Of a DNA stretch of 48,084 bases, positions 45,927-48,084 are shown in pieces. The stretch lies in sequence record DRR723986_1729. One strand, written 5' to 3'. Under the pieces are notes generated by a model. It was not told the DNA's origin and searched no databases. It saw only the letters and a list, made by a program, of their open reading frames with translations. The first letter of the stretch is position 1. The number at the start of each line of letters is the position of its first letter. The position numbers and the translations under genes are program-made.

Positions 45927-47501
45927 TCACTCGGTCGCGGTGATTTTCTGCGGCAGGGTCTGTTCCGACAGGCCGGCGTCGATGGTCAGCCCGTCCTTCA
46001 GGCCCCAGTGCACCTTCTGCCAGTAGAGCGGCACGATCGGCATTTCCTCGAAGACCAGCGCCGTGGCGTCGCGCAGCTTGGTCAGGCGCGCCTCTTCGTC
46101 GAACTCCTGCAGGGCATCGGCCAGCGCCGCGTCGAAGGCGGGCGACGAGAAGCGCACGCGGTTGAACGCGCCCTTGCCGGCCTCCTTGTCGTAGGTGCCC
46201 AGGAGCGCCTGAAGGTTCGGCGCAGAGGTCGGCGTGGAGGCGCCCAGCGAAAAGACGAAGGCGCCGTAGTCGCCGGCCGAGGCGGCCTTGGAATAGACCG
46301 AGTAGGGCAGGGCCTCGACCCCGTTCACCTTCAGCCCGCCGCGCGCCAGCATCTGCCCCAGCGCCTGCACGAGGTCCGCGTCGCCGGGGAAGCGGTCGTT
46401 CGAGCTGTAGAGCGTCAGGCCGAAGCCGTCGGGGTAGCCCGCTTCTGCCAGCAGCGCCTTGGCCTGTTCCACGTCCACCGCGTCGGGGGCGACGTCGGGG
46501 TTGTGGCCCCCCAGCGCGTCGGGCACCAGCTGCCCCGCCGGCACGCCAGAGCCGCCAAGGATGCGGTCCACGATCAGCTGACGGTCGATCATCAGCGAGA
46601 TCGCCTTGCGCACGCGGGCGTCCTTGAAGGGGTTCTCGGCCAGCGGGTTGCCCGCGAGGTCGGTCACCGCCGGGGCCTGATCGCCGCGCATCGACAGACC
46701 AAGGTAGATCACCCGGCCCGAGGGCGTCGAGAAGACGTCGATGCCATCGGTGCCGTCCAGACGCGCCACGTCCTGCGGCGGCACCGCGTCGATCACGTCG
46801 ACCGCGCCGGACAGCAGTGCCGCGACCCGCGCCGCGTCGTTCGAGATGAAGCGGATCTCGACCTCGTCGAACTCCGGCACGGTGCCCCAGTAGTTCTCGT
46901 TCGCGTGCATGGTCAGCGTCTCGCCGACGCGCCATTCGTCCAGCACGTAGGGGCCGGTGCCCACGGCGGTGGCGGGCGAGGTGAAGTCCTCGCTCGACTT
47001 GCCCTCTGCGGCGGCCTTCGAGATGATGAAGACGCGGCCGATGTCCTCCATCAGGGCGGGGTTCGGCACATTGGTGGTGATCCTGACGGTCAGGTCGTCC
47101 ACCGCCTCGACGCTGGCGACGGAGGACACCATGTCAGTGAAGGGCGCGGGCGAATTCGGCACCTCGTCGGCGCGCTCCAGCGAATAGACCACGTCGGCGG
47201 CGGTGAAGGGCGACCCGTCGTGGAAGGTGACGCCCGGGCGCAGGCTCAGCGTCCACGTGGTCTCGTCCTCGTTGGTCCAGCTTTCGGCCAGACCGGGAGA
47301 GACCTGCAGGTTCTCGTCGAAGTTCACCAGACGGTCGAAGAACATGGTCGAGGTCATCTGGTTGTTGCCGGTCCGCGAGAACTGCGGGTCGATCGAGCTT
47401 TGCTCGGACGCGCGGCCGATGGTCAGGTCGGCGGCGAAGGCGGGCATCAGCAGGGTGGTGGACAGGAGGGCCGCGAGGGCGGCGGTTCTGGTCAGGCGCA
47501 T
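45927..47501 (-). CDS. Dpp/Opp family-5 ABC substrate-binding protein
   Basis: Signal peptide AFA-A; PGLAESW, LRPGVTFHDG, TAADVVYS, GTGPY, DARVRKAI, AKALLAEAGY. Confidence 0.94.
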   Translation of the reverse strand: MRLTRTAALAALLSTTLLMPAFAADLTIGRASEQSSIDPQFSRTGNNQMTSTMFFDRLVNFDENLQVSPGLAESWTNEDETTWTLSLRPGVTFHDGSPFTAADVVYSLERADEVPNSPAPFTDMVSSVASVEAVDDLTVRITTNVPNPALMEDIGRVFIISKAAAEGKSSEDFTSPATAVGTGPYVLDEWRVGETLTMHANENYWGTVPEFDEVEIRFISNDAARVAALLSGAVDVIDAVPPQDVARLDGTDGIDVFSTPSGRVIYLGLSMRGDQAPAVTDLAGNPLAENPFKDARVRKAISLMIDRQLIVDRILGGSGVPAGQLVPDALGGHNPDVAPDAVDVEQAKALLAEAGYPDGFGLTLYSSNDRFPGDADLVQALGQMLARGGLKVNGVEALPYSVYSKAASAGDYGAFVFSLGASTPTSAPNLQALLGTYDKEAGKGAFNRVRFSSPAFDAALADALQEFDEEARLTKLRDATALVFEEMPIVPLYWQKVHWGLKDGLTIDAGLSEQTLPQKITATE

Positions 47502-47521
47502 CTTGGAAGCTCCGTGTTGGG

Positions 47522-48084
47522 TCATGTGGTGGGGGTGAGGTCGCCGGTCTTGACGCCGGCGTTCGTGAGGGGCCGTCCGGTGCCGCCGTTCAGATGGCAG
47601 GCGACGGCGTGGTCGGGGCTGGCCTTGGTCAGCACCGGGCGCTCGACCCGGCAGCGGTCCATGGCAAGCGGACAGCGGGGGTGGAAATGGCACCCCTGCG
47701 GCGGGTTCACCGGAGAGGGGATTTCCCCCTTCACCGAGGAAAAGCGGTGGCCGCGGCGGTCGATCCGGGGGATCTCTTCCAGCAGGGCCTGCGTGTAGGG
47801 ATGGCGCGCGGCGGCGAAGATGCGGTCCGTGGGCGCGGTTTCCACCACGCGGCCAAGGTACATGATCACCACCCGGTCAGAGATGTAGCGCACCACCGAC
47901 AGGTCGTGGCTGATGAACAGAAGCGTCAGCGACAGGTCCTGCCGCAGCTTCACCAGCAGGTTGATGACCTGCGCCTGAATGGACACGTCCAGCGCCGCGA
48001 TGCTTTCGTCGCAGATCAGGAAGTCGGGGTTCACCGCCAGCGCGCGGGCGATGCCGATGCGCTGCCGCTGCCCGCCCGAGAACT
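47522..48084 (-). CDS. Dpp/Opp ABC ATP-binding protein (DppF-like), 5' end outside the window
   Basis: Window end reads [54 protein letters not shown]. Confidence 0.93.
   Translation of the reverse strand, partial: FSGGQRQRIGIARALAVNPDFLICDESIAALDVSIQAQVINLLVKLRQDLSLTLLFISHDLSVVRYISDRVVIMYLGRVVETAPTDRIFAAARHPYTQALLEEIPRIDRRGHRFSSVKGEIPSPVNPPQGCHFHPRCPLAMDRCRVERPVLTKASPDHAVACHLNGGTGRPLTNAGVKTGDLTPTT

Noticed and set aside
44023-46935. 970-aa ORF suggesting a fused hydrolase
   Set aside because: The N-terminal extension overlaps the binding-protein gene in another frame; the real start is about 45921.

Overview
GC-rich alphaproteobacterial DNA, most consistent with a Rhodobacteraceae/Roseobacter-type extrachromosomal replicon. 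It carries a DnaA-like replication module: parB and parA, an origin region with GGGGACA repeats, a dnaA-like initiator, and three copies of a 16-bp parS-like palindrome, two of them inside the parA and parB reading frames. The rest is seven uptake cassettes, six with their own regulator. (1) Dpp-type ABC transporter + CocE/NonD hydrolase + LysR, split across the two window ends, suggesting a nearly complete circle of roughly 50 kb. (2) GntR + aldo/keto reductase + lactonase + COG4091-type SAF-domain oxidoreductase + TctCBA. (3) MarR + TRAP + 5-oxoprolinase pxpBCA. (4) LacI + adenine/adenosine deaminase-family enzyme + NMT1-type ABC + 2OG-Fe(II) oxygenase. (5) Degenerate PAS/sigma54-type activator + cynABD-like ABC + DUF1348/NTF2 protein + cyanase. 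(6) LysR + TRAP + divergent creatininase-family enzyme + M20 amidohydrolase. (7) ynjF-ynjBCD-like unit with no adjacent regulator. No rRNA, tRNA, CRISPR, IS, toxin-antitoxin or conjugation genes were recognised. All calls come from motif recognition by eye; no database searches were run.
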